From the NCBI GenBank assembly GCA_964466295.1, contig CAYXRC010000007.1:26786-90785 (forward strand): DNA of 64,000 nt. Direction: 5' to 3'. Source of the DNA: an uncultured Ruminococcus sp. Its GTDB lineage: Bacteria > Bacillota > Clostridia > CAKSNL01 > HGM11501. The notes under the pieces are model-generated. The model was not told where the DNA came from, made no database searches, and worked only from the letters and a program-made list of their open reading frames with translations. Positions 39,889 to 48,130 of the stretch are shown in pieces (the first letter of the stretch is position 1; each line of letters begins with the position of its first letter). The translations under genes and the position numbers were made by a program.

Positions 39889-39934
39889 CCCTATATATAG
39901 ATGATAACCAAATAAAAATATACTATATATAGAA
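39889..39934. promoter_or_regulatory. tandem NrdR-box-like palindromes upstream of nrdDG
   Basis: Two copies of CTATATATAG lie at 39891-39900 and 39923-39932, 32 bp apart, within the contexts CCCCTATATATAGATG and ATACTATATATAGAAT. These are NrdR-box-like dyads, and the 32-bp spacing matches the tandem arrangement described for NrdR operators. Confidence 0.5.
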
Positions 39935-40048
39935 TTATATCACAAAAAAGTTGCAAATGCAACAATAAATGTTTTACATTATCAAAGCTGTTAGTATATA
40001 ATGAAAAAGCGATATAAAATATGCCGTATAGCAAGAGGGAGTATAAAT

Positions 40049-42232
40049 ATGAAAATTATAAAAAGAAACGGCTCTGAAGAAGAATTCGACAGACTTAAAA
40101 TAAAAAAGGCTATTGAGAAAGCGAATAAGGCGACCTCCGGCACAAGGGAGCTTACCGACAGACAGATTGACTACATATCCTTAGTTATCGAGGATTACTG
40201 CCGGGATATTGGGCGTGCCATGTCGGTTGAAGAGATACAGGAAATGGTGGAAACACACATAATTATGCAGGCGGCGCCGGAAACGGCGAAGCGGTATATA
40301 AGATACCGTTTTACCAGAAATCTTGCCCGTGTGGCGAATACCACCGATAACCAGATACTTACGCTTATCGAGTGCAATAATGAAGAGGTAAAGCAGGAAA
40401 ACTCCAATAAAAATCCCACGGTCAACAGCGTGCAGAGAGATTACATGGCAGGCGAGGTAAGCAAGGACCTTACCAAGAGAATTTTGCTTCCGGCTGACGT
40501 GGTAGAGGCTCATGAAAGCGGAATAATCCACTTCCATGACGCAGACTATTTTGCACAGCATATGCATAACTGCGACCTTGTAAACCTTGATGACATGCTC
40601 CAGAACGGAACGGTAATTTCAGGCACAATGATTGAAAAGCCTCACAGCTTTTCCACGGCGTGCAATATTGCCACTCAGATAATCGCTCAGGTAGCGTCAA
40701 ATCAGTACGGAGGACAGAGCATAAGCCTTACGCATCTTGCTCCGTTTGTCCAGATATCAAGAGAAAAGATTAAAAAGCAGGTTACAAAAGAGGTTGCGGA
40801 CGCCGGTGTTTCTCTTAGCGAGGAGAAGATAGACAAAATTGTGGAAGCAAGGCTTTTGGACGAAATAAAGCGAGGCGTTCAGACCATACAGTATCAGGTG
40901 GTGACGCTTCTTACCACTAACGGACAGGCTCCCTTTGTTACCGTATTTATGTACCTTAACGAGGCAAAGGATCCCGTTTTGAAGCACGACCTTGCGCTTA
41001 TCATCGAAGAGGTGTTAAAGCAAAGGCACGAGGGCGTTAAAAACGAAGCCGGCGTTTATGTAACACCGGCGTTCCCGAAGCTTATTTATGTGCTTGAGGA
41101 GGATAATATTACCGAGGATTCGCCCTACTGGTATTTGACCGAGCTTGCGGCGGCATGCACCGCCAAGAGAATGGTGCCCGACTATATTTCCGAAAAAATC
41201 ATGCTGGAGCTTAAAAAGGACAAAAACGGCGAAGGTCACTGCTATCCCTGCATGGGCTGCAGAAGCTTTTTAACTCCTTACGTTAACAAGGACGGCAAGC
41301 CCCAATATTACGGCAGATTCAATCAAGGCGTAGTTACGTTAAATCTTGTGGACGTTGCCTGCACGGCGTGCAGCGGAAAAAAGGACGAGGAGCGGTTTTG
41401 GAAGATATTGGACGAGAGATTGGAGCTTTGCCATAAGGCGTTAAAGTGCCGTCACGAAAGACTTGAGGGCACCTTGTCCGATGCGGCTCCCATACTCTGG
41501 CAGTACGGCGCAATCGCCCGTCTTGACAAGGGTGAGCCTATAAACGAGCTTTTACACGGCGGATATTCAACCCTGTCTTTGGGCTTCGCCGGTCTTTGGG
41601 AGTGCGTTTACGAGGTTACCGGCAAGAAGCTTACCGAAAAAGAGGGCGAAGAGTTCGGCATGAAGGTTCTTGAAAAAATGAACGAGGCGTGCAGAAAGTG
41701 GAAGGCGGAGGAAAATATAGATTACTCCATTTACGGAACGCCTCTTGAATCCACAACATATAAGTTTGCAAAGTGCCTGCAAAAGCGCTTTGGCAAAATT
41801 GAAGGCGTAACCGATAAAAACTATATTACAAATTCCTATCACGTGCACGTAACCGAGAAGATAGACGCATTTTCCAAGCTTGCTCTTGAGGCAAAATTCC
41901 AGGCGCTTTCTCCCGGCGGCGCAATAAGCTATGTGGAGGTGCCCAATATGCAGGACAACATTCCGGCGGTGCTTGAGGTTATGAAGTTTATCTATAACAA
42001 CATTATGTACGCCGAGCTTAACACGAAGTCCGATTACTGTCAGGTATGCGGCTATGACGGCGAGATACAGATTGTAGAAGAGGACGGAAAGCTCCAATGG
42101 GAATGCCCGAACTGCAAAAATCGTGACCAGTCGAAAATGAACGTGGCACGAAGGACCTGCGGATATATCGGCTCTCAGTTCTGGAATCAGGGCAGAACGC
42201 AGGAAATAAAGGAAAGGGTTCTGCACTTATAA
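40049..42232 (+). CDS. nrdD: anaerobic ribonucleoside-triphosphate reductase (class III RNR)
   Basis: The start is chosen at MKIIKRNG, preceded by GGGAG. An N-terminal ATP-cone and a C-terminal Zn-ribbon Cys cluster are present. The glycyl-radical motif (RTCGYIGSQFWN) is at the C-terminus. Confidence 0.93.
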   Translation: MKIIKRNGSEEEFDRLKIKKAIEKANKATSGTRELTDRQIDYISLVIEDYCRDIGRAMSVEEIQEMVETHIIMQAAPETAKRYIRYRFTRNLARVANTTDNQILTLIECNNEEVKQENSNKNPTVNSVQRDYMAGEVSKDLTKRILLPADVVEAHESGIIHFHDADYFAQHMHNCDLVNLDDMLQNGTVISGTMIEKPHSFSTACNIATQIIAQVASNQYGGQSISLTHLAPFVQISREKIKKQVTKEVADAGVSLSEEKIDKIVEARLLDEIKRGVQTIQYQVVTLLTTNGQAPFVTVFMYLNEAKDPVLKHDLALIIEEVLKQRHEGVKNEAGVYVTPAFPKLIYVLEEDNITEDSPYWYLTELAAACTAKRMVPDYISEKIMLELKKDKNGEGHCYPCMGCRSFLTPYVNKDGKPQYYGRFNQGVVTLNLVDVACTACSGKKDEERFWKILDERLELCHKALKCRHERLEGTLSDAAPILWQYGAIARLDKGEPINELLHGGYSTLSLGFAGLWECVYEVTGKKLTEKEGEEFGMKVLEKMNEACRKWKAEENIDYSIYGTPLESTTYKFAKCLQKRFGKIEGVTDKNYITNSYHVHVTEKIDAFSKLALEAKFQALSPGGAISYVEVPNMQDNIPAVLEVMKFIYNNIMYAELNTKSDYCQVCGYDGEIQIVEEDGKLQWECPNCKNRDQSKMNVARRTCGYIGSQFWNQGRTQEIKERVLHL

Positions 42233-42233
42233 T

Positions 42234-42752
42234 ATGAATTATTCCGCTGTAAAAAACTGCGATATAGCAAACGGTTTAGGCGTGAGAGTGACGCTTTTCG
42301 TTTCGGGCTGCACTCACAGGTGCGACGGGTGCTTTAACAAGGAAACCTGGAGCTTTGACGCAGGAGAAAAATTCACGAAGGAAACCGAGAATCAGCTTTT
42401 AAAAATGCTTGAGCCCTCCTACATAAACGGGCTTACGCTTTTGGGCGGAGAGCCGATGGAAAAGGTGAATCAGGAGGGACTTATAGGATTTTTAAGGCGT
42501 GTTAAAGAGCGTTTTCCCGAAAAGAATATATGGTGCTATACAGGATACCTTTTAGAGGACCTCTTGCCCGGCGGACGAGCGCATTATAGCGTTACGGACG
42601 AGCTTTTGTCCATGATAGACGTTTTGGTGGACGGTGAATTTAAAAAAGAGCGTTACAGCATTGTATTAAAATTCAGAGGCTCGGACAATCAGAGAGTGAT
42701 AGATTTAAAAGAAACAAAAAAACAGGGAAAAATCGTTTTATTTTTAGAATGA
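42234..42752 (+). CDS. nrdG: anaerobic ribonucleotide reductase activating protein (radical SAM)
   Basis: A CxxxCxxC cluster (GCTHRCDGC) in a 172-aa product. Confidence 0.9.
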   Translation: MNYSAVKNCDIANGLGVRVTLFVSGCTHRCDGCFNKETWSFDAGEKFTKETENQLLKMLEPSYINGLTLLGGEPMEKVNQEGLIGFLRRVKERFPEKNIWCYTGYLLEDLLPGGRAHYSVTDELLSMIDVLVDGEFKKERYSIVLKFRGSDNQRVIDLKETKKQGKIVLFLE

Positions 42753-42772
42753 CTCCTTATAAAAAATTAACA

Positions 42773-42806
42773 TAAAAATCGCCCGGGATTTATCCCGGGC
42801 GGTTTT
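42773..42806 (+). terminator. rho-independent terminator after nrdG
   Basis: AAAAATCGCCCGGGA-TTTA-TCCCGGGCGGTTTTTG. Confidence 0.85.
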
Positions 42807-42845
42807 TGCCTTTAGGAGCCGAAATGTGAAAAAGCTTTTCTTTTG

Positions 42846-42875
42846 TTGACACATATATTATTTTTGTGTTATAAT
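42846..42875 (+). promoter_or_regulatory. consensus sigma-A promoter driving the large non-coding region
   Basis: TTGACA (42846-42851), an 18-nt spacer (42852-42869), and an extended -10 TGtTATAAT (42867-42875). Confidence 0.7.
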
Positions 42876-42881
42876 ACATAG

Positions 42882-43560
42882 GGAATATACGGGCGGAAAA
42901 ACCTGATCCGTAAATTCCAAAGTCCGTTTTATACGGGAAAAATAAAAAAAATTTAAGGTGGCGCAGTATTCTAGTCAGCTCCTGCCGTTTTGAAGGCGGT
43001 CGTAAAAAGCCGCTTAAGGGCACATCGATGAAGTTCCTCGTGCGTGCTTCCGATGCCAGTCGGGGGTGTGTGCCGGGAGTTAAGGTCTGAGGGCGAACCG
43101 CAATGGCATGCGGCGAATGACCCTCTCTCCGCGGAGACCTTGCTTCGTGGGAGGCGCTTTAGGCGCGTGTCCTACGGGTAAGGGTTAAACCTGTCATGCA
43201 GTACCTTTTTTCTGTGATGCTGTGGACAGCGTAGCCTGCCTTGAGTGGATATGCGGGATAGAGGACAGACAAAATTTTTTTGGCCAGAAGGATTTCGTTA
43301 TAGCTTCTTGAAAGTATATCTGCAAAAGAGGATAGGGACGGTTTCGACTGATGGGGAAAACCCCTAGACTGTATTTTCAGGCGTAAAAGGGATTGCAGTG
43401 CGGAACTTAGTGGCAATTCGGTACTGTGACAGGCGACGTCACAGGGATGGATTTAAAGGGGAACCGCTCTCATCGGCGACGGGGGAGCATCCGTTTGGGA
43501 AAGCCAACCGAACCTATGCCGCAAAATTTACTTTTTACGCCGCCACTAACTTTTTTTCGG
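42882..43560 (+). ncRNA. ole: candidate OLE (ornate large extremophilic) RNA
   Basis: About 680 nt are GC-rich relative to the flanks and have no ORF >90 codons on either strand. The region is bounded by the nrdG terminator and a strong promoter upstream. No intrinsic terminator separates it from a downstream 4-TM protein gene, which is then followed by dxs and tlyA. This is the ole-oapA-dxs-tlyA arrangement reported for OLE RNA loci. I checked for tmRNA, RNase P and SRP RNA motifs and found none. The boundaries are approximate. Confidence 0.55.
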
Positions 43561-43573
43561 AGTGTGATTATTT

Positions 43574-44185
43574 TTGGATACCACAGGACAGGGCAGACCC
43601 GACCCGTCGGAAAAAGCCCGGAGACAGCGAAGAAAATACTTACGATGGACTTTATTAAGCACGCTTTTAACCTTTTCGCTGTCATTTATTATTAATCTTT
43701 TATCGGAGGTATCCATTAACGGAGCGCCGCCTCAAGCGGCGATCTTGGTGCTTTTTTTGATAGTTTTGATAGGCGTTCTTTTCGACATGATAGGCACGGC
43801 GGTAACAGCGGCAGAGGAGGCGCCCTTTCATTCAATGGCGGCGAGGCGTGTAAAAGGTGCCGCAACCGGCATTAAGCTTATAAAAAATGCGGAAAGAGTA
43901 TCTAATATATGCAACGACGTTATAGGCGATATTTGCGGAATTGTAAGCGGATCCACTACGGCGGTGATTGTGGCACGGCTAGTAGCTTCCGATACTGCCG
44001 GAGGATTTTTTTCCGGAATCGCATTGACCGCTTTTGTGGCGGCGCTGACCGTCGGAGGCAAGGCTTTCGGTAAAAGCATAGCGATTTCAAGCAGTAACAA
44101 TATTGTGTTTACCGTTGCCAAGATACTTTCTGTTTTTGAAAAGGACTCAAAAAATGGAAAAAAGAATAAGAAAAATACTAAATGA
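43574..44185 (+). CDS. oapA: candidate OLE-associated protein A (small 4-TM membrane protein)
   Basis: About 200 aa with four predicted TM helices (AAILVLFLIVLIGVLF; ICGIVSGSTTAVIVARLVA; FFSGIALTAFVAALTV; IAISSSNNIVFTVAKILSV). It sits immediately 3' of the ncRNA and overlaps the dxs start. The start codon is uncertain (TTG at 43574, or an internal TTG/GTG/ATG). Confidence 0.5.
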   Translation: MDTTGQGRPDPSEKARRQRRKYLRWTLLSTLLTFSLSFIINLLSEVSINGAPPQAAILVLFLIVLIGVLFDMIGTAVTAAEEAPFHSMAARRVKGAATGIKLIKNAERVSNICNDVIGDICGIVSGSTTAVIVARLVASDTAGGFFSGIALTAFVAALTVGGKAFGKSIAISSSNNIVFTVAKILSVFEKDSKNGKKNKKNTK

Positions 44186-46010
44186 AAATATAAATCATGA
44201 AACGCTTGAAAGGCTTAATTTCCAGGAGCTTTCCTGCCTTTGCGAGGAAATAAGGGAATTTTTGATTGAAAGCGTTTCCAAAACAGGAGGGCATCTTGCG
44301 TCTAATCTGGGAGTGGTCGAGCTCACGGTTATGCTGCACAGATGCTTTGATTTTAGTGCGGACGACCGTATAATATTTGATGTAGGGCATCAGAGCTATA
44401 TCCATAAAATTCTTACGGGTCGCATGAAATATTTTGACAGCTTAAGAATGACTGACGGGCTTTCGGGCTTTCCGAGGCATGAGGAGAATAGTCAGGATCT
44501 TTTTGATACAGGACACTCGGGAACATCCCTTTCCTTGGCGGACGGTATAGCGTCGGCTAAAATGATAAAGGGCGAAAAGGGCTTTTCCGTCGCTCTTATC
44601 GGCGACGGCGCAATGACCGGAGGGCTTTGCTACGAAGCGTTGAACAACATAGGCAACACGAAAAAGAATATAATAATAATACTTAACGACAACGGAATGT
44701 CCATTTCAAAAAATGTGGGCGCTCTTTCAAATATTTTATTGAGGGTCAGGACGAGCAAGGGCTATTTCCGTGCGAAAAAGGATTTAAAAGGAGCGCTTAA
44801 GGCACATCCCGAAGCAGAACGGCATATAAGGAGGCTTAAGGACAGGCTTAAGCTTATGATGGTGCCGGGTACCTTTGCGGAAAGCTTCGGAATTAAGTAT
44901 TTCGGGCCCGTCGACGGTCACGATTTAAAACAGCTCGGAACTTATATCGAACGGGCTAAGACGGTTACAGGTCCCGTTTTAATACATGTTAAAACCGTAA
45001 AGGGCAAGGGCTACGGATATGCGGAGGCGCAGCCGTCAAGATTTCACGGCGTGTCTGCATTCGAGGTAGATAAAGGCACGACTCACAGCCTTAAGGAGGA
45101 CTATTCCGAAGCCGTGGGAATGGAGCTTTCTTTACTTGCCTGTAAAAATAGCAATATGGCGGTAATATGCCCGGCTATGACGAAGGGGTGCGGGCTTTCC
45201 GGCTTTGCAGAAGCTTATCCGGAAAGATTTTTTGACTGCGGAATTGCGGAAGAGCATGCCGTTACCTTTGCGGCAGGTCTTGCAAGAGAGGGTATGATAC
45301 CCGTCGTGTGCACCTATTCCACATTTATGCAGCGTGCCTATGACCAGATTTTGCACGATGCGGCGATAAACGGTCTGCACATTGTATTCTGCCTTGACCG
45401 TGCAGGAAAGCCCGGCGCTGACGGGAAAACACATCAGGGCATATACGACCTTTCATATCTTGGAAGCATACCGAATGTTGCTGTCCTGTCGCCGTCGTCT
45501 TTTTCAGAGCTTTCGGCAATGTTAAAATATGCGGTGGAGGAGCATAAGGGACCTATAGCCATAAGATACCCGAAGGGCAGGGAGGAGCTTTCCGGCAGAG
45601 CGGGATTTAAATTCGGAAAGGCGAGGGTTGTATCTGCCGGAAAAGACATTACTCTGTGTGCAGAGGGAATTATGCTTAAAACCGCTCTTGATGCGGCAGG
45701 GAAGGCGGAAAACGCCGGATTTAAGGTGGAGGTTATTGAGCTTTCCACTATTTACCCCACAGATTTTGAAACAATAGAAAAATCAGTTCAAAAGACCGGA
45801 AGGCTTATTACCCTTGAGGCCAACGCCTTAAGGGGAGGCATGGGCGAGGAAATTTTCGCCCGTCTTAAGTGTCCGGGAAAAGCAATATCCTTTCCCGACG
45901 TCTTTATCGAGCACGGAAAAACAAAAACGCTTATGGAAAGGTACGGATTGGATTCTGATTCCGTAGCCGAGGATATATTAAAGCTTTGCGGAGGGCAAAA
46001 TGAGGCTTGA
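44154..46010 (+). CDS. dxs: 1-deoxy-D-xylulose-5-phosphate synthase
   Basis: The start is chosen at MEKRIRKIL, preceded by AAGGA, by alignment of ...LERLNFQELSCLCEEIREFL to the Dxs N-terminus. The ThDP motif (GDGAMTGG...NDN) and the transketolase-like C-terminus are present. Confidence 0.93.
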   Translation: MEKRIRKILNENINHETLERLNFQELSCLCEEIREFLIESVSKTGGHLASNLGVVELTVMLHRCFDFSADDRIIFDVGHQSYIHKILTGRMKYFDSLRMTDGLSGFPRHEENSQDLFDTGHSGTSLSLADGIASAKMIKGEKGFSVALIGDGAMTGGLCYEALNNIGNTKKNIIIILNDNGMSISKNVGALSNILLRVRTSKGYFRAKKDLKGALKAHPEAERHIRRLKDRLKLMMVPGTFAESFGIKYFGPVDGHDLKQLGTYIERAKTVTGPVLIHVKTVKGKGYGYAEAQPSRFHGVSAFEVDKGTTHSLKEDYSEAVGMELSLLACKNSNMAVICPAMTKGCGLSGFAEAYPERFFDCGIAEEHAVTFAAGLAREGMIPVVCTYSTFMQRAYDQILHDAAINGLHIVFCLDRAGKPGADGKTHQGIYDLSYLGSIPNVAVLSPSSFSELSAMLKYAVEEHKGPIAIRYPKGREELSGRAGFKFGKARVVSAGKDITLCAEGIMLKTALDAAGKAENAGFKVEVIELSTIYPTDFETIEKSVQKTGRLITLEANALRGGMGEEIFARLKCPGKAISFPDVFIEHGKTKTLMERYGLDSDSVAEDILKLCGGQNEA

Positions 46011-46770
46011 CGTTTATCTTGTTAAAAATTCTCTTGCCACCGGACGGGATAGAGCCAAGGAGATGATTTTATCCGGCAAGGTAAAGGTTTCCGGCACTGT
46101 TTGCTTAAAGCCAAGCCTTGAAACGGACGGAAAGACCGTTGAGGTTTTAAGGGATGAGTGCTATGTGGGGCGGGGCGCTTACAAGATAAAAAAGGCGGCG
46201 GAGGAATTTTCTCTTAAAATTTCTGAAAAAACATGCCTTGACGCTGGGGCAAGCACGGGCGGATTTACCGAATATATGCTAAATTGCGGTGCAAAAAAGG
46301 TATATGCGGTAGACGTAGGTCACGGACAGCTTGCCGAAAAGCTAAGGTGTGATGAGCGTGTTGTCAATATGGAGGGTACGGATATAAGAAGCTTACACCT
46401 TGACGAAAAATGCTCGTTTTTTGCCTGCGACGTTTCTTTTATTTCGTTAAAGCAGGTGCTTTTTCCTCTTTATTCTCTGACAGACTCTTTTGCAGAGGGA
46501 GTGTGTCTTATAAAGCCTCAGTTTGAGGTCGGCAGAGCCGCCGTGGGGAAAAGGGGCGTTGTTAAGGACAAAAAGGCGCAGAGAAAAGCCGCCGAAAGTG
46601 TTATGGAATATGCCCGGTCGGTGGGGTTTTATATATCGGGGCTGACATTTTCACCCGTAACCGGTCAAAACGGCAATATAGAGTTTTTACTGTATCTTAC
46701 AAAGGACGACCGAAAGCTTGTCCCGGATACAGAAAAAGTGGTAAATAAAGCATGGGAGGCTCTTTTATGA
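46000..46770 (+). CDS. tlyA: TlyA-family rRNA 2'-O-methyltransferase (hemolysin A family)
   Basis: An S4 domain N-terminally (RLDVYLVKNSLATGRDRAKEMILSGKVKV) plus an FtsJ-like MTase (LDAGASTGGFT). Confidence 0.9.
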   Translation: MRLDVYLVKNSLATGRDRAKEMILSGKVKVSGTVCLKPSLETDGKTVEVLRDECYVGRGAYKIKKAAEEFSLKISEKTCLDAGASTGGFTEYMLNCGAKKVYAVDVGHGQLAEKLRCDERVVNMEGTDIRSLHLDEKCSFFACDVSFISLKQVLFPLYSLTDSFAEGVCLIKPQFEVGRAAVGKRGVVKDKKAQRKAAESVMEYARSVGFYISGLTFSPVTGQNGNIEFLLYLTKDDRKLVPDTEKVVNKAWEALL

Positions 46771-47411
46771 ATATTGAAAAAACATTGAAAAATCTTAAAA
46801 AAAATAACATGACGCCCTATGTGGTAAAGGACAAAAACGAGGCCGCAAGGAAGGTGTTATCTCTTCTTTCGGAAAATGAAACCGTTGCGGTGGGCGGCTC
46901 AATGACGCTTTTCGAATGCGGAATTATCGAGCTTTTAAGAAGCGGTAAGTACAACTTTTTAGACCGTTATAAAGAGGGTATTTCACGTGAGGAGGTTATG
47001 AAGCTTTACAGGGAAAGCTTTTTCGCCGACACCTATATATCAAGCTCTAACGCCGTTACCGAAAACGGGGAGCTTTATAACGTGGACGGAAATTCAAACA
47101 GAGTGGCCGCATTGCTTTTCGGTCCTAAGTCCGTTATAATCGTGGTCGGAAAGCAGAAAATTGTCGAAAATCTTGACGAGGCGGTGCGCCGTGTTAAAAA
47201 AGTCGCCGCACCGAAAAACTCAAAAAGGCTCTCGTGCAGTACATACTGTGAGAAAAAGGGAGTCTGTGTATCGGAAGCGTATTCAGCCTCCGATATGACG
47301 GACGGCTGCGCTTCAGATGACAGAATATGCGCAAACTATACGGTCATGGCGCAGCAGAGAATAAAAGACAGAATAAAGGTAATCATAATAGACGAGGAAG
47401 CCGGATATTGA
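46767..47411 (+). CDS. LUD (lactate-utilisation, LutC-like) domain protein
   Basis: The start is chosen at MNIEKTL, 7 nt after GGGAGG. It carries the LUD/DUF162 fold with a C-terminal Cys cluster (CSTYCEKKGVC). Confidence 0.65.
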   Translation: MNIEKTLKNLKKNNMTPYVVKDKNEAARKVLSLLSENETVAVGGSMTLFECGIIELLRSGKYNFLDRYKEGISREEVMKLYRESFFADTYISSSNAVTENGELYNVDGNSNRVAALLFGPKSVIIVVGKQKIVENLDEAVRRVKKVAAPKNSKRLSCSTYCEKKGVCVSEAYSASDMTDGCASDDRICANYTVMAQQRIKDRIKVIIIDEEAGY

Positions 47412-47426
47412 TTGGGAGGGATACAT

Positions 47427-48125
47427 ATGGACAGAAAGAAAATTCTTGTTGTAGACGACGAAAAAAATATCGGGGACATTTTAAAGATAAACCTTGAAAA
47501 GGAGGGCTATGGGGTTTCGGTTGCCATGGACGGCGAGGAGGGCTTGGCTCTTGCGCTGTCGGAAAATCCGGATCTTGTGCTTCTTGACGTTATGCTTCCG
47601 AAAATGGACGGCTTTGAGGTCTGCAAAAAAATAAGGCAAAAAAGCGAAGTGCCCATTGTTATGCTTACGGCAAGAAGTGAGGAAATAGATAAGATTTTAG
47701 GACTTGAGCTGGGAGCCGACGACTATGTAACAAAGCCCTTTTCCGTAAGAGAGCTTCTTGCCAGGGTAAAGGCGAATTTAAGGCGCACCGTCCCGGCAAC
47801 CGAGGCGTTGCAAACGGGCGAAGGCGACATAAAGATAGGCGAGATTACCATAAATACCGAGCGCTATGAGTTAAGAAAGAACGGCAAGCCCATAGAGCTT
47901 ACCTTAAGAGAGTTTGAGCTTGTGAAATTCCTTGCCGAAACGCCCAACAGAATATGCTCGAGAGAAACTATTTTAAGAAAAGTGTGGGGCTATGAATATG
48001 TGGGCGACGACCGCACGGTTGACGTTACCATAAGCAGGCTGAGAGAAAAAATCGAGGATAATCCGAGCGAGCCGAAATATATAATGACCAGGCGGGGTAT
48101 CGGCTATTATTTTTATAAGGAATAG
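47427..48125 (+). CDS. walR: OmpR-family response regulator, WalR/YycF-like
   Basis: The start is chosen at MDRKKILVVDDE, preceded by GGGAGGG. The receiver and winged-helix domains are nearly collinear with B. subtilis YycF (…IVMLTARSEEIDKILGLELGADDYVTKPFSVRELLARVKANLRR). Confidence 0.85.
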   Translation: MDRKKILVVDDEKNIGDILKINLEKEGYGVSVAMDGEEGLALALSENPDLVLLDVMLPKMDGFEVCKKIRQKSEVPIVMLTARSEEIDKILGLELGADDYVTKPFSVRELLARVKANLRRTVPATEALQTGEGDIKIGEITINTERYELRKNGKPIELTLREFELVKFLAETPNRICSRETILRKVWGYEYVGDDRTVDVTISRLREKIEDNPSEPKYIMTRRGIGYYFYKE

Positions 48126-48130
48126 CTTGT

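Noticed and set aside
41567-42226. 219-aa antisense ORF
   Set aside because: It lies inside nrdD, opposite strand, and is a shadow ORF.
42882-43560. Tested whether the GC-rich non-coding block is tmRNA, RNase P RNA or SRP RNA instead of OLE
   Set aside because: No GGGG...TTCGAC 5' end paired with a ...CTCCACCA 3' tail was found, and no tag-peptide reading frame ending in ...ALAA. No AGGAAAGTCC or ACAGAA(C/T)C RNase P motif occurs on either strand. At ~680 nt the block is far larger than SRP or 6S RNA. The GGGACGGTTTCGACTGATGGGG segment only superficially resembles a tmRNA 5' end.
44103-44153. Longer dxs start (MCLPLPRYFLFLKRTQK...)
   Set aside because: The N-terminal extension has no homology to Dxs and no RBS. 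The ATG at 44154 has an AAGGA RBS, and the alignment to Dxs begins there.
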